A stretch of 64,000 bases of DNA from Acidobacteriaceae bacterium (GTDB lineage Bacteria > Acidobacteriota > Terriglobia > Terriglobales > Acidobacteriaceae): the NCBI GenBank assembly GCA_049802575.1, contig JBARMS010000161.1, positions 794 to 64,793 on the forward strand, written 5' to 3'. Positions within the stretch are counted from its first letter, which is position 1, and every line of letters starts with the position of its first letter. Made by a program: the position numbers and the translations under genes. Below, piece by piece: positions 43,091 to 52,353 of this stretch. Below the pieces are notes generated by a model. It searched no databases and was not told the DNA's origin. It saw only the letters and a list, made by a program, of their open reading frames with translations.

Positions 43091-43112
43091 TCTCGTGAGT
43101 TGAAGTTGGAGG

Positions 43113-46100
43113 CTAGAAGTAAATCTTCCCCGCCAATTGCACGGCGCGGCCTGGCTGCGGATCGCCGTTGCCGCCGTCCGCTGTCGGTGAAACCACGCCG
43201 AAGATTTCTCCGAACGCGCTGCCGTCCAGAATGCTGCCATCCGGCTGGCCGAAGTTCGGGTGGTTGAAGACGTTGAACGCTTCCATGCGCACCTCGACCA
43301 TGCGCGGGCTGTCGCTGCGTCCGATCGGGAAATCCTTGAAGAGATCCATATCGGTGTAGTTGAAGCCCGGTCCATGGAACAGACCGCGTCCCACGTTGCC
43401 GAAGGTACCCAGCGGCTCGAGCGAGAACGGCGTGGTGTCGAACCAGTAGTTCCCAGGGGCGCGCGGGTTCTTGAGCGCCGGGTGGAAGTTCGAGGTCATC
43501 GGGGTATCCGGGCACTCGTAGAAGAAGTATGCATTGGAGTTGCACCACAGCGACCGGTTATCATCCGGCTCGCCCACCGATACCGGGTTGCCGGTCTGCA
43601 GGATGGTATAACCCGCTAAATGCCAGTTGCCCAGCGCCTCGTTGACGAGGTAATTGGAGCGCATTCCCGAAGTCAGCGGAACGATGTACTGGTATCCGGC
43701 AAAGAACCGCTGCCGGGCATCGTACTCCGAACTGCCGTAGCTCAGGTGCTGGAAGCCAGGCACCCAGTTCGTGCCCGTCAGGTCGTAGCCGTTGCCGAAG
43801 CCCGAGCTCTCGAACCCGGAACCGTTATCGAGCGAATGGCTCCAGGTGTACCCGAGGTTGTAGTAGAGGCCGTGGGTCATCTGGTTCTGCAGGCTCACCT
43901 GCAGAGAGTTGTAGTTCGACGCGCCATCGGTGTACACGCGGCCCACAGAGATATAGTTACCGCTCTGATCGATGAAGTCCTGCGGCTGGATGAAGGGCAG
44001 CAAGGTGCGGACGTCGCTGCAGGAACCACCTTCAGCGGTGCAGGCCGCGACCGCATTGGCATGTCCCGCGGCCGTCTCCTTGTTCGCTTCATACGCGCGG
44101 TCCAGCTTCCGGCCCAGCGATCCCACATAAGCCACTTGCATCACCTGGTTGCCGGGGAGCTGCCGCTGGACGTTCAGGTTGAAGTTATAGGCGTAAGGAA
44201 CGTCGTAGTCCGGTGAAATTGTGCTCAGCAGCCACGGCCCGACCACCGGAACGTTGGGGCTTGGCGTCGGGAAGGCGTAAGGAAATGGATTCGACGTGTA
44301 GGAAGTAGCCGGGTTCCCGGTGACGTCCACGAAAGGATTAGCGAAGCCCGGGCTTCCACCCAGGGAACCAGCGCCGTTCGAGTTCAATCCGTACGGCGGA
44401 TCTTCGAGGTTCTGTAGTTGCTGCTCTTCCGAGTCGCGGTTGTAATAGAGACCGAAGCCGCCGCGGATGGCAAAGAGGTGGGCGCCCTGCCCGCCGGTCA
44501 GCCAGCCCAGGCCGGATTCCGGCGACCAGTCGAAACCGACGCGCGGCGCGAAATGATCGTGCTTGGCCGTTGGACCACCGCTGCGGTTGCAGCCTGAGTC
44601 GCCCGGCCACAGCAGACCCTCCGGGGCCAACGTGTAGACCTTCGACTGCGCGCCCGGTACAAAGCAGATGATCCCTTCCCCGCCGTACTGGCTGTTCGTA
44701 AAGGGCGCCTGCACGTCGTAGCCGATGCCGTAGTTGAAGGTGAACGACGGAGAGACCTTCCAGTTATCCTGGGCGTACGCGTAATCCTCCCAGGCATAAG
44801 CCTGGATGATGGCGCCTGAACCCTGCGAATAGGCGTCCGGAACCCCGAGGAGGAAGTCCATCAGAGGATCGCCCGTGGTATAGGCTCCGCCACCGCCGAA
44901 CGAAAAGTTCCCGTTCAGGTTATTGAAGAAAGGATTGTGAACAGCGAAGCGCTCCGCGTGCACGCCGATCGTCAAATTGTGGTTTCCGATGATTTTTGTG
45001 AAGTTGTCGGCATAATCCTCGTTGCTGTCGGTGCGGGGCTGGGGTCCGTTGTTGCTGAACCCGAGGGTAAAGTACCCGGCGATCCCGATCTTCGGAATCG
45101 ACGCTGCCTGCGGATTCTGCGGAATGATATCGAAGCCCACCGAGGAAGGCTGGATGAGCTGCGCCGGCTCGACCGCCGCGAAGTTAAAGCGGAAGTATCC
45201 CGCGCGCAGGGTATTCAGCGTGGTCGGATTGAAGGTGTGAGTCCACTGGGCGTCGAAGATCTTGATATGCCTGGCGGAATTCATGCCAAAGCCGGGAAGA
45301 TTGGCGCCCGTAAAAGGTAGCCCGCTAAAGCTCGGCTCCGACTGGAAGATGCTCTCGCCCCACACCTGATCGTTGTGGGTCGCCTGGACGTCGGCCCGGA
45401 TGACGCCCTGGTCTTCTTTCTCCGTATTCGGAGAGTTGAAGTTGTATTTGTTCGAACCCGAGTTCGGCGAAGGCACATAGTCCTTCAGCAGGGTAGCGGT
45501 AACGGAATTAATGTCGGTGAGGGGAACGTCGACCGTCCCTGCAGGGAAGCATGTGTTCCAGGTCGTGTAGGCCGTACCGGGGCCGCAGGGTCCGCTCGGT
45601 CCCATCACCGCGAAGGGAACCGGGTTGGTGCTCAGACCGCCAGAGTTGGAGCCGCCGGTCGCGTTGTTGCTGTCCCCGGTCAGATCGGCGAAGCCGCTGC
45701 CGTTCCGGCCCAGCTGCGCGTCGGTGGGAACCGTGGTCAGGGTGCTGCTGCCGTTGGCATTTTTGAAGCCCTGATAGCCGAGGAAGAAAAACAGCTTGTT
45801 CTTCAGCACCGGCCCGCCCAGCGTCCCGCCGTAGAGGTTCTGGTGGAACTTCGGCCGCTGCCCAGGAGCCGCGAAGTAGCTGCCGTTGTTCAGGAACGTG
45901 TCGCGGTAGAACTCAAACCCATCGCCATGGAAGCTGTTCGTGCCGCTCTTGATCGACTCATTGATGATCGCCCCGGAATTGCGGCTGTACTGGGGATTCT
46001 GCGTGCTGGTCAGCAGCGTCACCTCGCCAAGCGCATCGGGGTTGAGCAGGAAGCCCTGCGTCTGCAGCGGCGGATCGTTGATGTCGGCGCCGTCCACAAG

Positions 46101-46670
46101 GTAGCTGTTGTCCTGCGTCTGCGATCCGTTCGCTGAGTAGTTGCCGAAGCGGTCCGACGATTCCACCGTGCCCGGCGTCAGCTTCTGCAGGATCGTGGCG
46201 TCGCGGCCGAGCAGCGGCATGTCTTCAATCTGGCTGGCGTTGAAGGTCTCTTTCAGCTGCGTGTCGGAGGTGTCCACCTGGACGGCTGTCGCGTTCACTT
46301 CCACCGTGGCCGAAACGGCGCCCGTTTCCAGTTTGACATCCTCGTCATAGTTCTCGTTCAGCGTGAGCGTGAGGCCCACTGCCTCGGACGTCTTGAAGCC
46401 CGCTTTATCCACCTTCACCGTGTAGGGCCCGCCGATGGCCAGTTGGGGAACGACGAAGTACCCCTTGTCATCGGTGGTCGCCTTAGTGACCGCACCGGTG
46501 CCGCCATTCGTAACGGTCACGGTCGCACCCTGCACCACAGCGCCGCTGGCGTCGGTCACCGTTCCGTGGATCGTGGCGTAAGTGTTCTGCGCTCGCGCCG
46601 CGGGCGCCGTCCAGACCAGCAGGAACGCGACAGCCAGCACGACGAATCCGAAACTACGGCCGATTTTCAT
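43113..46670 (-). CDS. TonB-dependent receptor, CarboxypepD_reg-type, ~1185 aa (tandem paralog 2)
   Basis: ATG 46670 (MKIGRSFGFVVLAVAFLLVWTAPAARAQ) is preceded by GGAGGA. GTVTDASGAVVQGATVTVTNGGTG. Barrel ends in AGKIYF. Confidence 0.85.
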   Translation of the reverse strand: MKIGRSFGFVVLAVAFLLVWTAPAARAQNTYATIHGTVTDASGAVVQGATVTVTNGGTGAVTKATTDDKGYFVVPQLAIGGPYTVKVDKAGFKTSEAVGLTLTLNENYDEDVKLETGAVSATVEVNATAVQVDTSDTQLKETFNASQIEDMPLLGRDATILQKLTPGTVESSDRFGNYSANGSQTQDNSYLVDGADINDPPLQTQGFLLNPDALGEVTLLTSTQNPQYSRNSGAIINESIKSGTNSFHGDGFEFYRDTFLNNGSYFAAPGQRPKFHQNLYGGTLGGPVLKNKLFFFLGYQGFKNANGSSTLTTVPTDAQLGRNGSGFADLTGDSNNATGGSNSGGLSTNPVPFAVMGPSGPCGPGTAYTTWNTCFPAGTVDVPLTDINSVTATLLKDYVPSPNSGSNKYNFNSPNTEKEDQGVIRADVQATHNDQVWGESIFQSEPSFSGLPFTGANLPGFGMNSARHIKIFDAQWTHTFNPTTLNTLRAGYFRFNFAAVEPAQLIQPSSVGFDIIPQNPQAASIPKIGIAGYFTLGFSNNGPQPRTDSNEDYADNFTKIIGNHNLTIGVHAERFAVHNPFFNNLNGNFSFGGGGAYTTGDPLMDFLLGVPDAYSQGSGAIIQAYAWEDYAYAQDNWKVSPSFTFNYGIGYDVQAPFTNSQYGGEGIICFVPGAQSKVYTLAPEGLLWPGDSGCNRSGGPTAKHDHFAPRVGFDWSPESGLGWLTGGQGAHLFAIRGGFGLYYNRDSEEQQLQNLEDPPYGLNSNGAGSLGGSPGFANPFVDVTGNPATSYTSNPFPYAFPTPSPNVPVVGPWLLSTISPDYDVPYAYNFNLNVQRQLPGNQVMQVAYVGSLGRKLDRAYEANKETAAGHANAVAACTAEGGSCSDVRTLLPFIQPQDFIDQSGNYISVGRVYTDGASNYNSLQVSLQNQMTHGLYYNLGYTWSHSLDNGSGFESSGFGNGYDLTGTNWVPGFQHLSYGSSEYDARQRFFAGYQYIVPLTSGMRSNYLVNEALGNWHLAGYTILQTGNPVSVGEPDDNRSLWCNSNAYFFYECPDTPMTSNFHPALKNPRAPGNYWFDTTPFSLEPLGTFGNVGRGLFHGPGFNYTDMDLFKDFPIGRSDSPRMVEVRMEAFNVFNHPNFGQPDGSILDGSAFGEIFGVVSPTADGGNGDPQPGRAVQLAGKIYF

Positions 46671-46782
46671 GGGTTCCTCCAAAACAATGACCTCAAACGC
46701 CTTCTGTTTCTGCTTTTTGACCAAGAATCAAAAGAAACCGCAATAGAAACCGCAATTGAAATCAGGTATTGCGTAGGTCTAA

Positions 46783-46797
46783 GCAATTCACCTGCCA
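46783..46797 (-). promoter_or_regulatory. Sigma-54 (-24/-12) promoter candidate for TonB receptor paralog 2
   Basis: The minus strand reads TGGCAGG-TGAA-TTGC (gATGGCAGGTGAATTGCTTAg). The spacing and flanks are the same as at 42849-42863. It lies about 115 nt upstream of ATG 46670. Confidence 0.65.
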
Positions 46798-46914
46798 TCT
46801 TGCGGAAGTCTAAGCAACGGTTCATCAATCACTTGCATCAGGCGAACATTTTCTTAAATGTCATATCTCCAGAAAAACGTAGACCCGGGTCCTTTCTCTT
46901 CTTCTTTTGGAATT

Positions 46915-46951
46915 TTCCACAAAGAGAAGAGGGTGTCCGGAGACACCCTCT
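46915..46951 (-). terminator. Terminator hairpin after TonB receptor 3
   Basis: AGAGGGTGTC (46928-46937), loop CGGA, GACACCCTCT (46942-46951). On the minus strand it is followed by TCTTCTCTTTGTGG. Confidence 0.65.
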
Positions 46952-46973
46952 TTGGGCCCCTTCCGGAGCCGGG

Positions 46974-49900
46974 TTAGAACGACAGCTTGAGCGACAGCTG
47001 CATGCTCCTCGCGTTGGCCGCGAAGAACTTGCCCGGCTGGTTAAAGTCCGGATTCGACGCCGTCTGGAACGAGCTCTGCGACGTATATCCAGGCGAGTTG
47101 ATGTTGTCGAGCGTGCCGGGCAGGTACTGGGCGTGGTTCAGGATATTGAAAGCCTGCGCCGAGAACTCCAGGTTCCATCGCTCGGTGAAGTTGAACCGCT
47201 TGACTGCCGTCGCATCGAGGTCGTTGATGGGGTTGATCGGCTGCGTATTGCGCTCCGAGGTCGGCATGGCGCCCTTACCCGCCACAATATAGCGTGCGTC
47301 CGGGTTCAGAGCCTGGTACGCCACCAGGTTCGCTGTGCACTGCGTCGAGCCCGCGCCGCACAGGGCCGCGCGGTTGGGATCGTACACCGCCGCCACGTCC
47401 GAGCCCGTTCCCGCCTTGCCTTTGGGGTTCCACACCGTCCGATCGATCTGCGTGGAATCGCCGTCCAGCACCGAGTTCACCCCTGAGAGCACCGTGTAAT
47501 ACTCCGGCGACTCATAGATGTAGATCGGAGCGATTTCCCAGTTGCCCACGATGTTCTTCGCCATCCAGTTGGAGCCCTGGAAGAACGGCAGGTCGTAGAC
47601 CATGTAGGCACTGAGGCGGTTGGGGTGGTCGAGGGCCGAACGGCTGTAATCCGCCGCCACGTCGCGTTTGTTCTGCGGGCGGCGCGGCGTCAGCACCGTC
47701 GAGAAGACGTCCGCCGTCGCATCGTCCATCGTGCGGCTCCGCGTGTAGGCGCCGTCGAGCAGGAGGCCGTGGCTGAAACGCCGGTTGATGCTGAACGCCA
47801 GGCCGTTGTAGTTCGATTCAGACCATGGCTCGAAGGTCGTGATCTTGCTCGTAAAGCCGGCATTGGCGAATGCCGGAACGATGTTCGATCGCGCCTCGAT
47901 GCTCGCCAGGGTGTTGGGCAGTTGCGCCAGGTCCACCGCAGACGGCGTCGACACATAAGTCGGCAGAGAGTGCTGCGGGTCGACCCTGTCCTGTATGTTC
48001 AGCTGGTTCTGCGTCGGCAGGTGGATCCCGCGCGTTCCCAGGTAGCGCACCTCGGCCGTGTAGTTCTTCGCGAAGACGTGCTGTATCCCCAGCGACCACG
48101 TTTCCGCATACGGCAGTTTCTGGTTCGGGACAAAGGCGGAAGTCGCGGCCCGCTGATCCTCAACCGTCGCAAACGTCGCGAGGCTTCCGTTGCCGGCCGG
48201 CAGACCGCCATCCGCCAGGAAGTTCGGAGCGCCGGGGCTGGGGTTGTTGCCGCCGCCCACATCGTTGGTCGACGAGTACTGCGGCGGGAAGGAGAGGATG
48301 CCCAGGTTGTCGTAAAGAACGTCCACGGCCATGCCGAATCCGGCGCGGATCGCGGTGCTCGGATCGGGCGCATAGTCAATGCCGAAACGCGGCATGAAGT
48401 TGGTCCGCTGCGGCTCCGGCTTGGCAAAGGTGATCAGCCCCGGTACGCTGGCCGCGGAGTTGATCTGCTGCACCTTCTCGCCCTCGGGTACGGAGGTGAA
48501 CTCATACCTCAGGCCATAATTGAGGCTCAGCTTCTGCGTGGCGCGCCACACGTCGTTGGCATAGCCATAGAACGCTGTCTGATCGCCGTAGTAGAAGAAG
48601 TTGCCCGTCGACCGTTCGCCGAAGGCCGTCGGCGCCAGATCGTGCAGGTACTCCGTCAGGTAGTCCCACTCGTAGTCGCCGCGCACGCGCTGCGTGAAAC
48701 TCTGCGGCGAAATGTATTTGCGCCCGTCAAAGCCGAAGGTGAGCGAGTGCTTGCCCCTCGTCCAGTTCACGTTGTCGCTCAGCTGGTACAGATTTTGGAT
48801 CGTCGACTGCGGGGCATTGCCGTCGGGGCCGATTTCAAGGAAGCCCACGTCGTACATGTACATCGTGGGGAACGCATCCAGTCCCGAGAAGGAGAAATTG
48901 CCCGAAGGCGTCTCGTTGAAAAAGCGGTTGAACCCAATGCGCACTTCGTTGATCAGGTTCGGCGTGAAGTTGTGATATTCGCTGGCCGCGATCAGGTGGT
49001 AGCGATCCGGAATCGGCTGATAGAACGCCGGCAGCGCGGCCGCCGTGTCAATGCCCGTCCAGCGGTTGTAGAGGTAACGGATGCGGAACGTGTCCTGCGG
49101 TGAGATGGTCCAGTCGCCGGCGGTCGTCAGCGCGTAAAAGTTCGAATAGTTCGGCGCATTGACCAGCAGGTTCCCGAGCGGGATATCGTACGGCGTGCCC
49201 GAAGCGAACTCTCCCGTGCCGGAGTTGTAGCCGGTGCCGTCATACACCGTCAGGTACTGCGGTCCCGAGCTCTCGTTGAAGCAGGCGTTATCGGCCGATG
49301 CATCGACCTGCGAAGGCGCGGGTGGGGTGTACTTCGTGAAGACGCCCAGATTGGTGGCGCTCACGTTTGGAACCGCACCCAGCGTGGTCATGCCTGCGGC
49401 GGTTGGGGTGCAGAGGTAATACTGGCTGCTTTGCCCCGTGGTTTGCCGCTCGAAGCTCCCGAAGTAAAACAGCTTGTCCCTCTTAATCGGCCCGCCGATC
49501 TGCCCGCCGTAGCGGTTAAAGTCATAGCGGGGATTCGGAATCTTGCCTCCCTGAATTGCGTTTTCGGCGTTCAGATCGCGGTTGTCGAAATACTCGTAGA
49601 GCCTGCCGTGGAGGCTGTTGGTTCCACTGCGCACCACGCTATTGAACTGGCCGCCGGCCGAGTGGCCGAACTCCGGAGAGAATTGATTCGTGATGGCCGT
49701 GAACTCGCCCACCGCATCATTCGGCACATAGAGCAGGGGTCCGGTCACGGATTTGTCGTTATTGTCGATGCCTTCGATCGTGTAGTCATCCGCGCGCGGA
49801 CGCTGGCCGCCGACCGCAGGACCGGTGCCGGCTCCCACTGCGCCGCTGGACGTGACTCCAGGCGTCAGAAGCGCCAGGTTCAGCACCCCCGCGCCTACCG

Positions 49901-50381
49901 TCGCAATCGGCAGATCCTCCAGTTCCTTCGAAGAGAACGTGGATTGCAGCTGCACGGTCGTGGTATCGATCGTGGCCGCCGCGTCGGCGTTCACCTCCAC
50001 GCTCATCGCCGCCTTGGCCACCGGCAGCACCATCTTGGCCGTTCCCGTGTTGTTCAGCTGCACTTCAAAGTCGTTCAGCGTTAAGGCCGCGAATCCAGGC
50101 GCCGTCGCCGTCAGAGTGTAGGTCCCGGCCAGCAGGCTGGTGATGTGGAACTCGCCGCTCGAGGTGGCATGGACGGTTACCTTGACGCCCGTGGCGTTGT
50201 TGGTCGCGTCGATGGTCGCGCTGGCGATAGCCGCGCCCGTCTGGTCTGTGACCGTACCAACAATGTCACCGGTCGTGAGCTGTGAAAAGGCGTTGCTGGC
50301 GAGGCCGATGGCTGCCGCCATGACCAGAGTCGCTAGTCGAACGCAGCCTCTCGAGGCTGAACGTCGTAAAAGACGTTTCAT
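46974..50381 (-). CDS. TonB-dependent receptor, CarboxypepD_reg-type, ~1135 aa (tandem paralog 3)
   Basis: ATG 50381 (MKRLLRRSASRGCVRLATLVMAAAIGLASNAFSQ) with GGAGGA 10 nt upstream. GTVTDQTGAAIASATIDATNNATG. Barrel ends in SLKLSF. Confidence 0.85.
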   Translation of the reverse strand: MKRLLRRSASRGCVRLATLVMAAAIGLASNAFSQLTTGDIVGTVTDQTGAAIASATIDATNNATGVKVTVHATSSGEFHITSLLAGTYTLTATAPGFAALTLNDFEVQLNNTGTAKMVLPVAKAAMSVEVNADAAATIDTTTVQLQSTFSSKELEDLPIATVGAGVLNLALLTPGVTSSGAVGAGTGPAVGGQRPRADDYTIEGIDNNDKSVTGPLLYVPNDAVGEFTAITNQFSPEFGHSAGGQFNSVVRSGTNSLHGRLYEYFDNRDLNAENAIQGGKIPNPRYDFNRYGGQIGGPIKRDKLFYFGSFERQTTGQSSQYYLCTPTAAGMTTLGAVPNVSATNLGVFTKYTPPAPSQVDASADNACFNESSGPQYLTVYDGTGYNSGTGEFASGTPYDIPLGNLLVNAPNYSNFYALTTAGDWTISPQDTFRIRYLYNRWTGIDTAAALPAFYQPIPDRYHLIAASEYHNFTPNLINEVRIGFNRFFNETPSGNFSFSGLDAFPTMYMYDVGFLEIGPDGNAPQSTIQNLYQLSDNVNWTRGKHSLTFGFDGRKYISPQSFTQRVRGDYEWDYLTEYLHDLAPTAFGERSTGNFFYYGDQTAFYGYANDVWRATQKLSLNYGLRYEFTSVPEGEKVQQINSAASVPGLITFAKPEPQRTNFMPRFGIDYAPDPSTAIRAGFGMAVDVLYDNLGILSFPPQYSSTNDVGGGNNPSPGAPNFLADGGLPAGNGSLATFATVEDQRAATSAFVPNQKLPYAETWSLGIQHVFAKNYTAEVRYLGTRGIHLPTQNQLNIQDRVDPQHSLPTYVSTPSAVDLAQLPNTLASIEARSNIVPAFANAGFTSKITTFEPWSESNYNGLAFSINRRFSHGLLLDGAYTRSRTMDDATADVFSTVLTPRRPQNKRDVAADYSRSALDHPNRLSAYMVYDLPFFQGSNWMAKNIVGNWEIAPIYIYESPEYYTVLSGVNSVLDGDSTQIDRTVWNPKGKAGTGSDVAAVYDPNRAALCGAGSTQCTANLVAYQALNPDARYIVAGKGAMPTSERNTQPINPINDLDATAVKRFNFTERWNLEFSAQAFNILNHAQYLPGTLDNINSPGYTSQSSFQTASNPDFNQPGKFFAANARSMQLSLKLSF

Positions 50382-50866
50382 TGGGCGTGGATCCTCCGTG
50401 GGTGGATGGAAGCTTTGGGGTGCACGGAGCACTCGGGTGGCCGCTTTGCCCGGAAGTCGGCGTTTAGGGGATTTTGACCGTTTCCGGGCGACGTGTGAGG
50501 CGTAATGGACTGCAACCAATCAACTTAGCCTCCTTTTCGCAAGAGGCAGACCAAACCCTCACTCGGTCGCGTTTTCCACACACGGCCCGGTGCCAAATCT
50601 CCGTTATGCCGTATTCCCGGCTCAAATAATCCTGAATTTCACATAGAGTTTGCGTGGCTGGAACGCGTTCGGAGGGCCATTTCCCGAGCATTGGGCGGCG
50701 GATTTGGCGAAACGTCCCGGCGAGTCGACTGGCACGGCTTCGGCCCCGAACCCTGGCGGTCCCGTCCGTTCCCCGCCACACCAGCCCATCCGGCAGCGAC
50801 GCGCCCAACGCCCCAGCTACCTTTGTGAAAAAATAGGACTCGAAGCCCCACAGAGGCGGCTCAGAC

Positions 50867-51733
50867 ATGAACACGCTCAAGACTACTTTTCTGCTGACGG
50901 CTCTCACCCTGCTCCTCGTTCTTTTGGGCAGCCGCTGGGGCGAGAACGGGATGATCCTCGCCTTCATCCTTGCCGCAGCCATGAACTTCTTCAGCTACTT
51001 CTACTCCGACAAGCTGGCGCTGCGCATGTATAACGCCCAGCCTGTGACCCGCGAACAGCTTCCCCGGGCCTATCAGGTGGTCGAGCGCATGACCCAGCGC
51101 CTCGGGCTGCCCATGCCGAAGATCTATGTCATCCCCACCGATGCGCCCAACGCTTTCGCGACCGGGCGCAACCCGCAGCACGCATCGGTTGCGGTCACGC
51201 ATGGCATCCTGCAGCTTCTGAACGACGACGAGCTGGAAGGGGTGCTGGCGCACGAGCTCGGCCATGTGAAGAATCGCGATATCCTCACCAGTTCCATCGC
51301 CGCCACGCTGGCCGGAGCCATCATCCTGCTCGCGCGCATGACCTGGTGGGCGGAGCTCTTCGGCGGGTTTGGCGGAGGCGGACGCGATCGCCGCGGCGGC
51401 GCATTCAGCGCCCTGCTGATGCTCATCCTCGCGCCCATCGCCGCCATGCTGATCCAGCTGGCTGTCTCGCGTTCGCGCGAATACGAAGCCGACGCCACCG
51501 GCGCGCACCTCACCGGCAACCCGTATGCGCTGGCCAGCGCCCTCGAGAAGCTTGACGCCTACTCGAAGCGCCTGCCCATGCCGGGGTCGCCGTCGACGGC
51601 GCACCTGTTCATCGTGCAGCCGCTGCTCACCCGCGGCGATTTCGCCAATCTGTTCTCGACGCATCCGCCCATCGCCAAGCGCATCGAGCGGCTCATCGGC
51701 CGCCCCAGCGTCTACGGGGCGCCGCAGCGCTGA
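50867..51733 (+). CDS. htpX: Membrane zinc metalloprotease HtpX (peptidase M48)
   Basis: N-terminal TM pair, NAFATG, the [10 protein letters not shown] zinc motif, and the C-terminal [10 protein letters not shown] motif. Confidence 0.9.
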   Translation: MNTLKTTFLLTALTLLLVLLGSRWGENGMILAFILAAAMNFFSYFYSDKLALRMYNAQPVTREQLPRAYQVVERMTQRLGLPMPKIYVIPTDAPNAFATGRNPQHASVAVTHGILQLLNDDELEGVLAHELGHVKNRDILTSSIAATLAGAIILLARMTWWAELFGGFGGGGRDRRGGAFSALLMLILAPIAAMLIQLAVSRSREYEADATGAHLTGNPYALASALEKLDAYSKRLPMPGSPSTAHLFIVQPLLTRGDFANLFSTHPPIAKRIERLIGRPSVYGAPQR

Positions 51734-51752
51734 CGCGTCATCGCAGGAAAAA

Positions 51753-51785
51753 GGCGCGGATGCAGCGTCCGCGCCGTTGCTTTTT
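51753..51785 (+). terminator. Rho-independent terminator of htpX
   Basis: GGCGCGGA (51753-51760), loop TGCAGCG, TCCGCGCC (51768-51775), then GTTGCTTTTT. Confidence 0.75.
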
Positions 51786-51791
51786 CCTGTT

Positions 51792-51819
51792 CCCTATTCC
51801 CTAAACCCTATACCCTGCT
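51792..51819 (+). repeat. Tandem heptamers CCCTATT CCCTAAA CCCTATA CCCTGCT, ending 6 nt before the ATG at 51826
   Basis: Read directly from sequence. It lies between the htpX terminator and the next start codon, and there is no SD. Confidence 0.7.
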
Positions 51820-51825
51820 CCTGTT

Positions 51826-52311
51826 ATGAGAACGCTCGTCCGCACCATCGTCTGGCTGCCTCTCGTCATCTGGGTGGGTGGCCTTTTCTTCTTCGCCGTC
51901 ACCGCATGGGCCGCGTTTTCCACTGTGCCCGACACGCACGTGGCCGGCACCATCGTGGCGAAGTGTCTCCACGTTCTGCACCACGAGGGCCTCGTCGCCG
52001 GCTGCATCATTCTTCTGTTTCTGATCATCGGCCGGGTGCGAGGCGTGTATGGTTACGCCAAAATGGCGTTCGCCGTCACCGTCATCATGATGGGGCTCAC
52101 CGCGTTTTCCGAGTACTGGATCATGCCCCACATGGAGCGTGATCGGCTCGCCGTCGGCGGCGCCATCGATAACGTTCCGGCCACCGATCCCCACCACGCC
52201 GACTTCAATCGCCTGCACAACGTATCGACTCACGTCGAAGAAGGCGTTCTGCTCGGAGGCATCGTGCTCATCATCCTGCTGGCGCACGAGGAAGGCGCAA
52301 TCCGCGACTGA
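51826..52311 (+). CDS. Four-TM membrane protein, DUF4149/TMEM205-like (tentative)
   Basis: 161 aa with four hydrophobic segments. The family call rests on overall pattern only. Confidence 0.6.
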   Translation: MRTLVRTIVWLPLVIWVGGLFFFAVTAWAAFSTVPDTHVAGTIVAKCLHVLHHEGLVAGCIILLFLIIGRVRGVYGYAKMAFAVTVIMMGLTAFSEYWIMPHMERDRLAVGGAIDNVPATDPHHADFNRLHNVSTHVEEGVLLGGIVLIILLAHEEGAIRD

Positions 52312-52353
52312 AGCCGGCGGCGAGAGGAAAGACTAGCCGCCTCGCGGCACGCG

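Noticed and set aside
50730-50744. Plus-strand TGGCACG-GCTT-CGGC, 123 nt upstream of htpX, as a sigma-54 promoter
   Set aside because: The -24 half is perfect, but the -12 half is CGGC rather than TTGC. There is no second conserved copy, and GC-rich background makes such partial matches likely. It is mentioned only as a weak candidate.
51799-51812. CCCTAAACCCTATA resembles plant or vertebrate telomere repeats (CCCTAAA/CCCTAA)
   Set aside because: There is only one such unit, inside a bacterial intergenic heptamer tract whose other units differ. Every other feature of the window is bacterial, so this is not contamination or a telomere.
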